Positions 38,701 to 50,058 of a stretch of DNA of 64,000 bases are shown here, one piece after another. Position 1 is the first letter of the stretch. Every line of letters begins with the position of its first letter. Where the stretch lies: positions 58,778,001-58,842,000 of the forward strand of contig NC_086097.1 of assembly GCF_963921235.1 (NCBI RefSeq). Reading direction: 5' to 3'. The notes below the pieces were generated by a model. It was not told the origin of the DNA and ran no database searches. It saw nothing but the letters and a program-made list of their open reading frames with translations. This DNA comes from Mobula hypostoma. Lineage: Eukaryota. Made by a program: the position numbers and the translations under genes.

Positions 38701-39242
38701 TAATTTTCTTTAATTACTTATGAAACAAAAGAGGGAAAAGCATCACCTTTTGCAGGACCCTGTATGGTACAGAGCTAAATCAATGTGTAGAACATGAAGA
38801 TTTATTGGCCGAATACAGTATGTAGGAAATGAAAAATTATATCTATTATTATCTGTGGATGCAGTTACTGCCCTGAGTTAATTAAGAAATTTTAATATAG
38901 CTTTCATTGTCACCTTTACAATTAGTCTGTAAATTTGGTAATGGATAATAAACTGGTCATGACAGTGGTAATCTGTATTACCACTTAAATTGAATCTTTA
39001 CTGTCAGCAATTTAAAATGTTGGAATGCAGTGCCATATGTTTCCCCATTAGTTGGATTTTAAGTTTTGACTGGTAGAAAGTGACTAAACGCTATAAACAG
39101 TTTGTAAGCTAAAAAAGGAGGCTAGACAACATCTGGGGAAAGACAGATTGTTAATGTTCCATATCAATGACCTTACATCAGAAATATGAACCAAACAAGA
39201 ATGCTGGAAGCACTCAGCAGGTCAGGCAAAATCAATGAACAG

Positions 39243-39492
39243 AGCTGCCTCTGTGGCTGGGAAAGTGGCCTATTTTGTTATTGTTGTCCTAGTCTGCTGA
39301 TGTTGCTGTTGCTGCTCGTGTTGTTCTGCCGAACATTACGGGCACGCTATGTTGGCACCAGAATGTGTGGCAACACTTGAGGGCTGCCCCCTGCACATTC
39401 TTGGGTGTGTTGATTGTTAACACAAATAACGTGTTTCACTGTGTGTTTCAACATACAGTACGTGTGATAAACAAAACTAAATCTGAATCTGA
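39243..39492 (+). repeat. SINE-like 3' fragment, same family as 11330-11600
   Basis: Internal similarity to 11330-11600; tail aaatctgaatctga. Confidence 0.7.
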
Positions 39493-39931
39493 TGGGTCAG
39501 CAGGGCTTCGGATGTGTGAAATTTTAGCTCACAAATATAACTGAGCTTTTTGAAGAGTTAATAAAAAAGATTGATGAGGGCAAGACAGCCTATATTTTCT
39601 CATGGATTTTAGCAAGGCCTTTGACAAGGTCACATACAAAAGTCCAGTCTAGAATGTTAAAACACATGGGATCCAGGGTAAGATAGACAATTGGATGCAA
39701 ATGGGTTTGGTGGAAAGAAATAGAGACTGGTAAATCAGAATTGCTTTTCAGATTGGAAGTCTGTGACCAGTGTTGTGCTACAGGGAGCAATGCTGGGCCT
39801 GCCATTATTAGAGATCGGTATGAATAATCCAGATGACAACATTGTGTAGGTTTGCAGCTGACACCAAAATTGTTGGTGTATTAGAAGGTGAAGGTTATAT
39901 AAGATGACACCAGGATCTAGATGAACTGGGA

Positions 39932-41783
39932 ATAGAAACATAGAAACATAGAAAATAGGTGCAGGAGTAGGCCATTCGGCCCTTCGAGCCTGCACCGCCA
40001 TTTATTATGATCATGGCTGATCATCCAACTCAGAACCCAGCCTTCCCTCCATACCCCCTGACCCCTGTAGCCACAAGGGCCATATCTAACTTCCTTTTAA
40101 ACATAGCTAATGAACTGGCCTCAACAGTTTGCTGTGGCAGAGAATTCCACAGATTCACCACTCTCTGTGTGAAGAAGTTTTTCCTAACCTCGGTCCTAAA
40201 AGGCTTCCCCTCTATCCTCAAACTGTGACCCCTCGTTCTAGACCTCCCCAACATCGGGAACAATCTTCCTGCATCTAGCCTGTCCAATCCCTTTAGGATC
40301 TTATACGTTTCAATCAGATCCCCCCTCAATCTTCTAAATTCCAACGAGTACAAGCCCAGTTCATCCAGTCTTTCTTCATATGAAAGACCTGCCATCCCAG
40401 GAATCAATCTGGTGAACCTTCTTTGTACTCCCTCTATGGCAAAGATGTCTTTCCTCAGATTAGGGGACCAAAACTGCACACAATACTCCAGGTGTGGTCT
40501 CACCAAGGCCTTGTACAACTGCAGTAGTACCTCCCTGCTCCTGTACTCGAATCCTCTCGCTATAAATGCCAGCATACCGTTCGCCTTTTTCACCGCCTGC
40601 TGTACCTGCATGCCCACTTTCAATGACTGGTGTATAATGACACCCAGGTCTCGTTGCACCTCCCCTTTTCCTAATCGGCCACCATTCAGATAATAATCTG
40701 TTTTCCTATTTTTGCCACCAAAGTGGATAACTTCACATTTATCCACATTAAATTGCATCTGCCATGAGTTTGCCCACTCACCCAACCTATCCAAGTCACC
40801 CTGCATCCTCTTAGCATCCTCCTCACTGCTAACACTGCCACCCAGCTTCGTGTCATCCGCAAACTTGGAGATGCTGCATTTAATTCCCTCATCCAAGTCA
40901 TTAATATATATTGTAAACAACTGGGGTCCCAGCACTGAGCCTTGCGGTACCCCACTAGTCACCGTCTGCCATTCTGAAAAGGTCCCGTTTATTCCCACTC
41001 TTTGCTTCCTGTCTGCTAACCAATTCTCCACCCACACCAATACCTTACCCCCAATACCGTGTGCTTTAAGTTTGCACACTAATCTCCTATGTGGGACCTT
41101 GTCAAAAGCCTTTTGAAAATCCAAATATACCACATCCACTGGTTCTCCCCTATCCACTCTACTAGTTACATCCTCAAAAAATTCTATGAGATTCGTCAGA
41201 CATGATTTTCCTTTCACAAATCCATGCTGACTTTGTCCGATCATTTCACCGCTTTCCAAATGTGCTGTTATCACATCCTTGATAACTGACTCCAGCAGTT
41301 TCCCCACCACCGACGTTAGGCTAACCGGCCTATAATTCCCCGGTTTCTCTCTCCCTCCTTTTTTAAAAAGTGGGGTTACATTAGCCACCCTCCAATCCTC
41401 AGGAACTAGTCCAGAATCTAACGAGTTTTGAAAAATTATCACTAATGCATCCACTATTTCTTGGGCCACTTCCTTAAGCACTCTGGGATGCAGACCATCT
41501 GGCCCTGGGGATTTATCTGCCTTCAATCCCTTCAATTTACCTAACACCACTTCCCTACTAACATGTATTTCGCTCAGTTCCTCCATCTCACTGGACCCTC
41601 TGTCCCTTACTATTTCTGGAAGATTATTTCTGTCCTCCTTAGTGAAGACAGAACCAAAGTAATTATTCAATTGGTCTGCCATGTCCTTGCTCCCCATAAT
41701 CAATTCACCTGTTTCTGTTTGCAGGGGACCTACATTTGTCTTTATCAGTCTTTTCCTTTTTACATATCTATAAAAGCTTTTTT
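39932..41783 (-). mobile_element. Young 5'-truncated CR1 LINE
   Basis: Uninterrupted ORF2 frame and an octamer tail, read as (ATAGAAAC)n on the plus strand. Confidence 0.95.
40030..41703 (-). CDS. CR1 ORF2 reverse transcriptase, N-terminally truncated, open frame of 557 aa
   Basis: KSPGPDG, GNYRPVSLTS, YLDFQKAFDKVPH, GVPQGSVLGP, KFADDTK, RPHLEYCVQFW. Confidence 0.9.
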   Translation of the reverse strand: MIMGSKDMADQLNNYFGSVFTKEDRNNLPEIVRDRGSSEMEELSEIHVSREVVLGKLKGLKADKSPGPDGLHPRVLKEVAQEIVDALVIIFQNSLDSGLVPEDWRVANVTPLFKKGGREKPGNYRPVSLTSVVGKLLESVIKDVITAHLESGEMIGQSQHGFVKGKSCLTNLIEFFEDVTSRVDRGEPVDVVYLDFQKAFDKVPHRRLVCKLKAHGIGGKVLVWVENWLADRKQRVGINGTFSEWQTVTSGVPQGSVLGPQLFTIYINDLDEGIKCSISKFADDTKLGGSVSSEEDAKRMQGDLDRLGEWANSWQMQFNVDKCEVIHFGGKNRKTDYYLNGGRLGKGEVQRDLGVIIHQSLKVGMQVQQAVKKANGMLAFIARGFEYRSREVLLQLYKALVRPHLEYCVQFWSPNLRKDIFAIEGVQRRFTRLIPGMAGLSYEERLDELGLYSLEFRRLRGDLIETYKILKGLDRLDAGRLFPMLGRSRTRGHSLRIEGKPFRTEVRKNFFTQRVVNLWNSLPQQTVEASSLAMFKRKLDMALVATGVRGYGGKAGF

Positions 41784-43029
41784 AGAATGTGGGCCAAGGA
41801 TTGGCAGGTGGAATTCTGGCAAGGGTTAGGTTATGTACTTTGTGAAGTTAAACCAAGGAAGCACCTGCAGAGTAAATGGTCATGCCCTGGAAATTGAGGT
41901 TGAAAGAGAGACAGGAGTAAAGGCACATAATTCCCTGAAAGTTTCATACAGACTGGTGAACAAAGTGTTTGGCATGCTTGCCTTCATTGATTGGGGTGTT
42001 AAATAGAGGAGTTGAGGTATCTTCTTGAAACTCGACAATTGATGAGACTGCACTTGAAATATAATGCTTAATTCTGGCCATCATTAAGCTAGATGGGTAA
42101 AAGGACATGATTAAGCTAGAAAGAGTGCAGAAAAGATTCATAAAGATGTTATCAGAATTAGAGAGCTTGTGTTATAAGGAGAGGCTGGATAGGCTGAACT
42201 TTTTTGCCTGGAGTATAGAAGGCTAATGGAGTGACTTTATGTAGGTATATAAAATAATGAAGGACGTAGCAAAAACTCCTTTTCCCAAGTTAAGGAAATC
42301 TAAAGCTAGCAGGCATAGGTTTAAGATGTGAGGGGAACGATTTAAAAGGAGGCTGAGTGGAAATGTTTTCATACAGAAGGCGGTGAGTATATGGAAGGAT
42401 TTGCCAGACGAAGTGGTCGAAGTGCGTTTTCAAACAGGTATATGGATAGGAAAAAGGTTCAGAGCGATACGGCCTAATGCAGGCAGATGGACCTAGATTG
42501 GATAGAAGACTTGGTTGGCATGGACAAGTTAGACTGAAGACTTTGTTTCTATGCTGGCTGCATAACTTTAACTCCAGAAACAATTAACTCTTTCTGTCAG
42601 GAACCTTCACAGAACTAAGAGAGAGCAGCCAATTACTGTACTTCACATAGCTGAGAAACTGGGGATGGATACTGGGTAGAACAAACAAAATTCTTTGATA
42701 GGGTGAAATAATGTGGCAATTAAGGGCAGGTTAAAATCAGATTAGTCTGCGTACAAGTCCTCCTCATGTTATCAATGCACAACTTAAGAAGCCCCTACAT
42801 ACGGAAGAGCATTTGGGAGACCAGTGAGATGAATTTGCCTGATTAATGTGTTGTTGAGGTGTATGGTCTGGCCCACTGAGAAGAAAAAGTGAAAGAAGGC
42901 TAGCAAGCAAAGTAAAAGAAAACCACTAAGTTATTGAAAGATGGAGAACTCATTACTGAGCCCTCAGGCTTCAACATACCAGACACAATGTGGGGAAGAT
43001 TTGTATAAATTTACAAAGAGATCAACATG

Positions 43030-43315
43030 GACATAAAGGCTGAATGGATCAAATCCGCGCTGTGCAACTCTTTGACTGTGTGGTGTTGTTCCTTGTACCA
43101 TTGCAAGAGCCCTGAGACAGGTAGGTGAGAGTGGGAGTGGGATAGTGCATTAAAGTAGCTCATGATCATACCTGCAGACTGAGCACAAGTGTCTTCAGAA
43201 TTATCACCCAATCTGCACTTGGTTTCTCCAACGGAGGGGAGGTCATATTCAAAACACTAGACACAGTATGCTAGATTGGAAAAGCTACCAGTGAATGGCT
43301 GCAGTACCTGGAAGA
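43030..43315 (-). mobile_element. Penelope GIY-YIG endonuclease relic
   Basis: Minus-strand translation FQVLQPFT..SNLAYCV..VGETKCRLGD..YFNALSHSHSHL. Confidence 0.7.
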
Positions 43316-43764
43316 CTGGGTAAAATGAAAAGAGAAAACGTGACAGATATTCAGCAGATCAGGCATCCTGTGTGCTTCCCAGTTGGTCCTCCCCATGCAT
43401 TTAAAAAATAGGCACCCACAATTGAAAATATGTTGCACTATTGTGCAGTATTAACACAAGTCTTAAAAAGTTACCATCAGCAGTGCTTGAAGCCTAAGAA
43501 GATTGTGATAACTGCAGTATGTCATACCTGTCAGCTCAGAGATTGTGTCTTGGAGAAAGCTACTGATGAAAGAATTGCCTTGAGCCCTGGTGGGAAGGCC
43601 CATTTCAAGCACTCTTAACTACATATACTACTCTGAAGGTCCAGGGAAAGCCAACTTGGATCTGTGCATCCCATATTAAGCCAGTGGTATCACCATACCA
43701 GGGAACCAGTAGCCAGAAGAAACCTGATGACGAAGACTGACTAACTGAACTATTTGATTATTAC

Positions 43765-46445
43765 TGTTATGTTTTTGTAACTCCAAAACATAAAAACCAT
43801 TCAGGAATCATGTGTCTAACTTCATTTCTAATTTTAGCAAGACACCAGCTATGTTGTCATGGTGTGATGACGTATACCATTCACATACTTGTACATATGA
43901 TCTGTAATGAATTATTTAAACAAGGAATTCTTAATCAAGCAATATATTTACAATATTACTAAAATATTACTGAAATATTAAATACACACTCCCCCCGCTT
44001 ATCTATAAACTCCAAATCAATATAGAATGCATCTCAACTTATATATTTATATACAGTATACTATATAATACAGTTACTATATAGACATCCAGAGCATAGC
44101 AAACTTTTAATTATCCCATTGAGACCTAAAGATTTAATTGCTGAGAAGGATTTCTTACTCTTGTGGGATAATGTCTTTCCTGACAAGAGGGGTCAGAATG
44201 GGTCAGGTGAAACATGTGGCTGTGAAACAATCTCAGGTTCTGGGATTTCCTCTTTGGCGGTTGTTGGAATTGACTCAGGGTCTGCAGTAAGTGGTTCTGA
44301 CAGCTCTGGGGCATCTTCTTTTCTGGACATGTTGACATTCCAGACAGTGCATGACAAGCGGTTCAATCTGCTGATCTATCCCAGGCCACCAGAAAAAGCT
44401 TTGACCCAATGCTTTCATTTTGACTACATCTAGGTGACTGGAATATTGCTCCTCTAACACTTTAGCTCCCAGCTTGGATTGTACAACAAACCTCAATTCC
44501 CATATAAAGCAACCTCAGTCAAAGACAAGTTCATCCTGGTGTTGGTAAAGATAGGGGAACTTGAGTTTCTGCTGCACATTCCAACATTTTTGTGTGGCCT
44601 TGTAGACCTGAGACAGTGTGGGTCTTTCCGGTTTCCCTTCGGATCACCTCTGCCATAATAGGGACTTTAAATTTGCATTAGGGAGAATACGTCAAGAGGA
44701 GTGTCCTCTTTTGTAAATTTTTCTGGTATTTCCTTTTCCAAAGGTAAATGGAACAATCCATCAGCATTTCCATGATTGTCTTCTTGACCTTGTAATTGTG
44801 TCCTCCAAGAAACAGAGCCCATCTCTGCAACCATACAGAGAATCGCCCTTCTGAAAATGGACACTAGCGGCTAATGATCAGTAAAGATGGTGAACTCTTT
44901 CTATACATGTACCGGTTGAAATGTTTTACACGCCAGACCAGACTCAAAGCCCATCTGTCAATCTGTGCATAATTTTCCTCTGCAGCGCTAAGGGAACGTG
45001 GGGCAAAGGCTATGGGGCATTCACCTCAATCACTCAAAACATGCCACATGACTGTACCAATACCACAAGGTGAAGTTTCACAGGTAAGCTTCACTGGGCA
45101 AAGTAGATCATAATGTGTGAGTACAGTGTTTGATTTCACCATTTTCATTACCTTTTTCAAAGCTCCCTCACAAGTGCTTTGTCCATTGCCATTTCTTCCC
45201 AATCCGTCGTAAGGTGTTCAAGGGGTGGGACACAGTAGCCAGGTTTGGCAGGAAACTGTTATGGCAATTGACAAATACTAAAAAGGACCACAACTGTGAC
45301 ATGCCCTTTGGCCTTGGGGCATCCACTACTGCTTGAAGTTTCTCAGTACACTTGTGTAAATCTTGTGCATCAAGGGTGTGACCACAGTAAGTGATGCTTG
45401 GTTTAAAGAATTCACACTTGTGTTGTGCTCTGAGTCCATAATCTTCTAATACTTTTAACACTCTTGTGGTTTTGGAGATTTTCCTTGTCATTGATTCCAG
45501 TAACAATGATATCATCCGGGTAACAAGAGTGCCTGGGCTGTCTTGCAGCACCTAGTACATAGCTTTCTGTCAGATTGTAGGTGTAGATGTTATTCCAAAA
45601 ATCAACCTATTATGGCGATATCACCCTCTGTGAGTATTTATGGTAAGAAACACTTTGGACTCTTCTTCCATCTCCATCTGTAGGAAGGCCTCAGCTAAGT
45701 CAACTATGCTGAAGTGCTTCCCTCCAGAAAGGTTTGCAAAGCTGGGCAGAGGATCTACTTTCAGTACTGGTTTTATGGTGACCTTAAAGTTACCACAGGT
45801 CCTGACAGATCCATTCTTCTTGGCTACTTGGACCACTGGCATTGGTCATAGGTTCCACTCAACCTTGAAAAGAATTCCTTTAGCTCCACGTGGTCCAGCT
45901 CACTGACTATATCATTATGGATGGGAAAAGGAACTGGACGGGCTTTGCAAAACTTGGGTGTGGCATTTTCATTTAACACTATTTTACTCTTGATATGTTT
46001 GAGTTTTCCAGTGCTATCCTTGAGTACTGTTGTGGCATCATGCAGTACTGTTCTTAATTTGATTTCAGTTCAGGGGATATGGCATGGAAGTAGTGGATAG
46101 ATCTCCAGTTGAGTTGTAGTTACCTCAGCATTCATGGCACCACAATTCTGTGCTTCCTGTTTTTACCACATACAAGCCCAAAATATGGCTGGTGGTGTAG
46201 TGGCATCGGCACCAGACTTCGAGACAAATAGTCCCAGGTTTGAAACGGGTTGGCCCCTTGCACACTTTCCATCAGTGCTGGATTGAGCATTGAGCTAGCA
46301 ACTGGACTTCATAAAAAACCAAACCAAAAAGCTAAGGAAACGGCAAGAAAATTCCACCTAATGCCCCACAAGGTGGGAAAAGGAACAACAAGAAGACCAA
46401 AATGGCATGTTGGTTATGTATTTCACTGTCACAAATGTCATTCCC
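43765..46445 (-). mobile_element. Gypsy LTR retrotransposon 3' part (RT, RNase H, partial integrase, 3' LTR)
   Basis: PVVQVAKKNGSVRTCGNFKVTI..FSIVDLAEAFLQM..TINTHRG, KCEFFKPSITYCGH, HGNADGL, WWPGIDQQIE; PPT aagcggggggag; LTR 43765-43988 with TG..CA ends. Confidence 0.88.
46187..46396 (+). mobile_element. tRNA-derived SINE inserted in the Gypsy element
   Basis: A box tggtgtagtgg and decayed B box ggtttgaaac; TSD CCAAAAT (46178-46184 and 46397-46403); homologous to 26254-26448. Confidence 0.8.
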
Positions 46446-46446
46446 A

Positions 46447-47070
46447 CTAATTTTTCTTTATTCTATTCCCTCTTTGGCTTTTATGTTGGCTTTGACTTCT
46501 CTAGTTAGCCATGCTTGTGTCATCTTGCCTCTTAGGATACAGCACCAACCCAATTTTCCAAATCTCCCTGCAGATAGAAATCACTGATGGCTATTATATT
46601 AACATTGCCCTTTTGGCATGCAGTTTCTATTTCCCATTGTAATTGGTAGACCACATCTTTACCACTGTTTGGGGGTCTGTGTATAACTCCTATCTTGGTC
46701 TTTTTACCCTGCAGTTCCTTAGTTCTACCCACAATGAATTCATCACCTTCTGACCTGAGGTCATCTCTTTCTAATGATTTGATTTCATTTTTTACCAACA
46801 GAGCCACACCACCTCCTCTGTCTACCTGCTTGTCCTTTTAATACAATGTGTATCACTGGATGTTAAGCTGTTAGCTATAATCTCTTACAGCCACGATTCA
46901 GTGAAGCCCACAACATCATAAATGCCAATCCATAACTGTGCGATGTTTATCTACCTTATTCCGTATTCTGTATACAGCACGCATTCAAGTAAAACACTTT
47001 CAGTCCTGTATTCACCCTTTTCAATTTTGTCCACCATTTACATTGCAGCTCATCCTGTTGTCTGCATTGT
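46447..47070 (-). mobile_element. CR1 ORF2 endonuclease fragment
   Basis: ALLVKNEIKSLERDDL..IGVIHRPPNSGKDV..ACQKG. Confidence 0.8.
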
Positions 47071-47169
47071 ATATGATGCATAGCATGTTTTGGATAGTCT
47101 GCGCATTTGTTTTCTGCCTAAGAACACTATTCCTGGGACAGTGAAAGACAACTGGTACATTAAGTAGTG

Positions 47170-47600
47170 GTACTTCTCCAGTTACGGCAGTCCACCCTTA
47201 TAGAACGGCTAGACAATGCTGGGAAATGATATCTATGACATCTGCAATGGAATCAATGAGATGGCTTCAGCTCTAGAGCAGACAAAAGATGCACTGACTG
47301 TACTGTTGGTTGAAGTGGTGGCGACTAGGACAGTCGCCCTGAAGAAAAGGTTGGCATTTGATTATTCATTTGCAGAGAAATGAGGCACCTCTACCATAAT
47401 TACACACCACGAGGGAACTGGTGGCCATTTGAAATGTTAGCAGGCTGGTGGGCTACCGTAATGCACTGAGGTGTTACTATAAGCACTTTGCTTTTACGCT
47501 TAGTTTTGCGGTTTGCTTGTAACTTGCTGGGGCATCTGTGGGGGTTGTATTGAAGTCTGTGGGCTGGATGTAACAGGGTTGCCTGGTGGACTTTGAGGAG
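47170..47600 (+). pseudogene. Endogenous retrovirus env transmembrane-subunit relic
   Basis: Frame from 47261 reads MASALEQTKDALTVLLVEVVATRTVALKKRLAFDYSFAEK*GTSTII, resembling the heptad repeat plus LQNRxxLDxLxxxxGGxC domain; a hydrophobic stretch follows. Confidence 0.65.
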
Positions 47601-48389
47601 TGGAACGTATTGTAAAAAGTTAATCTTTGTGCTTATTGAATGTCTTCACCACCGTAGCCTTGGGCATATGTGACTAGTTGCAGAAACTTCAATTATGACT
47701 GTGAGAACGCAATATGACTGTGCAAATATATACAACTGTGAGAACACAACTATGAGAACATGAAAGTCACGTGAACACACGGGTGTGACTTGTGAAGGGT
47801 GGTGACAAGTGATGACAGGCTTGGTGGTACAGTATGAGGTGGTGGTAATTTATTGCTTCACTTACTGGATGGAATTTTCATGCTGATCATTATTATATTC
47901 TCACTATTATTTGATGATTTATGCAAAGATATGATGGATAATGTACAAGTTACTATAATTGAATTATGCAATTCTCTGAGATGGTAAAATGTTCTTAAAT
48001 ATTTTGGGATAATATTAGTGAAACAATTTAAATATTTGCAGTATATATATATATTATAATGTAGAACTTTGTAATGCAGATTGTATTTAAAATAGACTGC
48101 ATTCGGCATTATTCCAATCACTTGCCTTGACTTCATGACTATGATCTTTTGTTCTGCACTTAATGTTACTTTCCTGATGTGGCAATTTATCAACAAGAAA
48201 TAAATTGGATTCAGGACAGCAACTAGGATTTCAATACTATATAATGCAAAACAGGAGTCCAGAAATTCAGATCATGTTGGATAACATATAATGGGGTTCT
48301 GATGTGCAAAGGGCCAAAGCTAATTAGACTACAAGAATCACACAGTACACAAAAAATAGCAAAAATCCAATGTGTCTAATCATTTTGAT

Positions 48390-49380
48390 TTCTACTCTCA
48401 GTCATCAGAACAGTATTGGAAGAGCATTATATACTGACAGTTATTCAACCATGCTGCACCTACCTTTCGTCAGAACCATTTGGATCACAGTCCTTGTCCA
48501 AACATGGGCCCAGAAGCTGAATTTCAGAGGTGAGAGTGACTGTCTTGACTTTAAGAAGAGCGATTGACTGAATGTGGCATAAGGAACCCTGGTAACACTG
48601 AGTTAATGCACATCAAGAGGAAAACACTCCAATGGACAGAGTTAGGTATCAAAGGAAGATAATTATGAATGTTGGAGTCTATCATCCCAGGCCCAGGATA
48701 TTGCTGCTGTGTTCTAGGCTTAACCATCTTCTTAATGACATTCTTCACATTTCAGAAGTGAGGAGGTTCACTGATGATTGCATAATGTTTAATTCCACTT
48801 GCAAATGAACAGTCCATGCCTGCATGCAAAGGAATCCACACAACTTTCAGGCATGGGCTGAATTGCAGCAAATAACATTTTTGCCTCAAAGCGCCAAGTA
48901 ATGACCATCTCCAACATGGGAGGATTCAGTATGTTTGACTTTTAATAGCATTATCATTGTCTTGTTTGTCACCAACAATATCATAGGTCACTGTTGATCA
49001 AAAACAACTCTGAACCAACTACGTCAACACTGTGACAACAAAGGCATATCAGAAGCTTGGTATATTATGGCAAGTGCCTCAGATTCTGACACTCCAACGT
49101 CTTTACATCAGCTAAAGGCACAAGGCAGGAGCATTTTAGAGTGTGTCCCACTTTACGGGGTAACAGCATTTGCCTTGATACTCACTTAGATCAACACCAT
49201 CCTGGATAAACCAGCTGCTGCATTGCTACCTGATCTATCACCACCTCCCCTCAAAAAAATTACTCCCCAGCTGACTGGCATACAATGGCTGTAGTGAGTA
49301 CCTTTAATACAAAGTACTGCAGTTACTCTCCAGAGGCTCAAACACCGCTAGACTGAAATAAGGAATGCCTACTGTACCAT
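48390..49380 (+). mobile_element. Decayed LINE RT fragment (second CR1-group lineage)
   Basis: ITVLVQTWAQKL..RGE..VTVLDFK..VWH-like pieces; ttcactgatgattgc (F.DD); caggcatgggctg..cagcaaataacatt. Confidence 0.6.
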
Positions 49381-49682
49381 GCCCTATTGCATTTTGAAAA
49401 TTCTGATTACTTGACTGTCCTCCTTCCTGCATACAGACAACGACTGAAGAGCAAGGCCCCAGTGATGACGGCAATAAAGAGGTGGTCGTGAGATGCAGAG
49501 GAGCAGCTACGGGATTGCTTCAAATCGGTGGACTGGGTCATGTTCAAGGAGTCAGCAGTGGATCTGAGTGAATACATCATAGTTCTTCTGGACTTTATAA
49601 AAATCATTGTAGATGTGTGTGCCTCCACATAATCATTCAGAGTCTCCTCCAACTAGATGCTCTGGATGAACCATGAGATCCA

Positions 49683-50023
49683 GAAGTCGTGATACATGTT
49701 GGGACCAATGATGTAGGCAGGAAGAGGGATGAGATCCTGAAGTGTGAGTTTCGGGAATTAGGCAGAAGGCTGAAGAACAGGACCTCAAAGGTGACGTTCT
49801 CAGGATTGCTGCCAGTGCTATGTGACAGAATTGGAGGAGATGGCAGTTGAATGCGTGGCTGAGGAGTTGGTGCAGGGAGCAGGGTTTTAGATTTTTAGAT
49901 CATTGGGATCTCTTCTGGGGAAGGTGGGACCTGTACAGATTGGATGGGTTGCACCTGAACTCGAGGGGGAGCAATATCCTTGCAGGTAGGTTTGCTAGCA
50001 TGGTTCGGGAGGGGTTAAACTAA
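49683..50023 (+). pseudogene. CR1 ORF1 C-terminal SGNH/GDSL esterase domain, truncated and frameshifted
   Basis: VVIHVGTND..SGLLPV, frameshift near 49825, then LNAWLRSWC..DGLHLN..REGLN*. Confidence 0.85.
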
Positions 50024-50058
50024 TTTGCGAGGGGGATGGGACCCAGAGCGATAGAGCA

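Larger units (their letters stand above)
39505..42570 (+). mobile_element. Old CR1 split by a younger antisense CR1
   Basis: atggattttagcaaggcctttgacaagg before 39930; sequence resumes at about 41785 (gtgggccaaggattggcaggtggaattc) and runs to a CR1 3' end. Confidence 0.8.
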
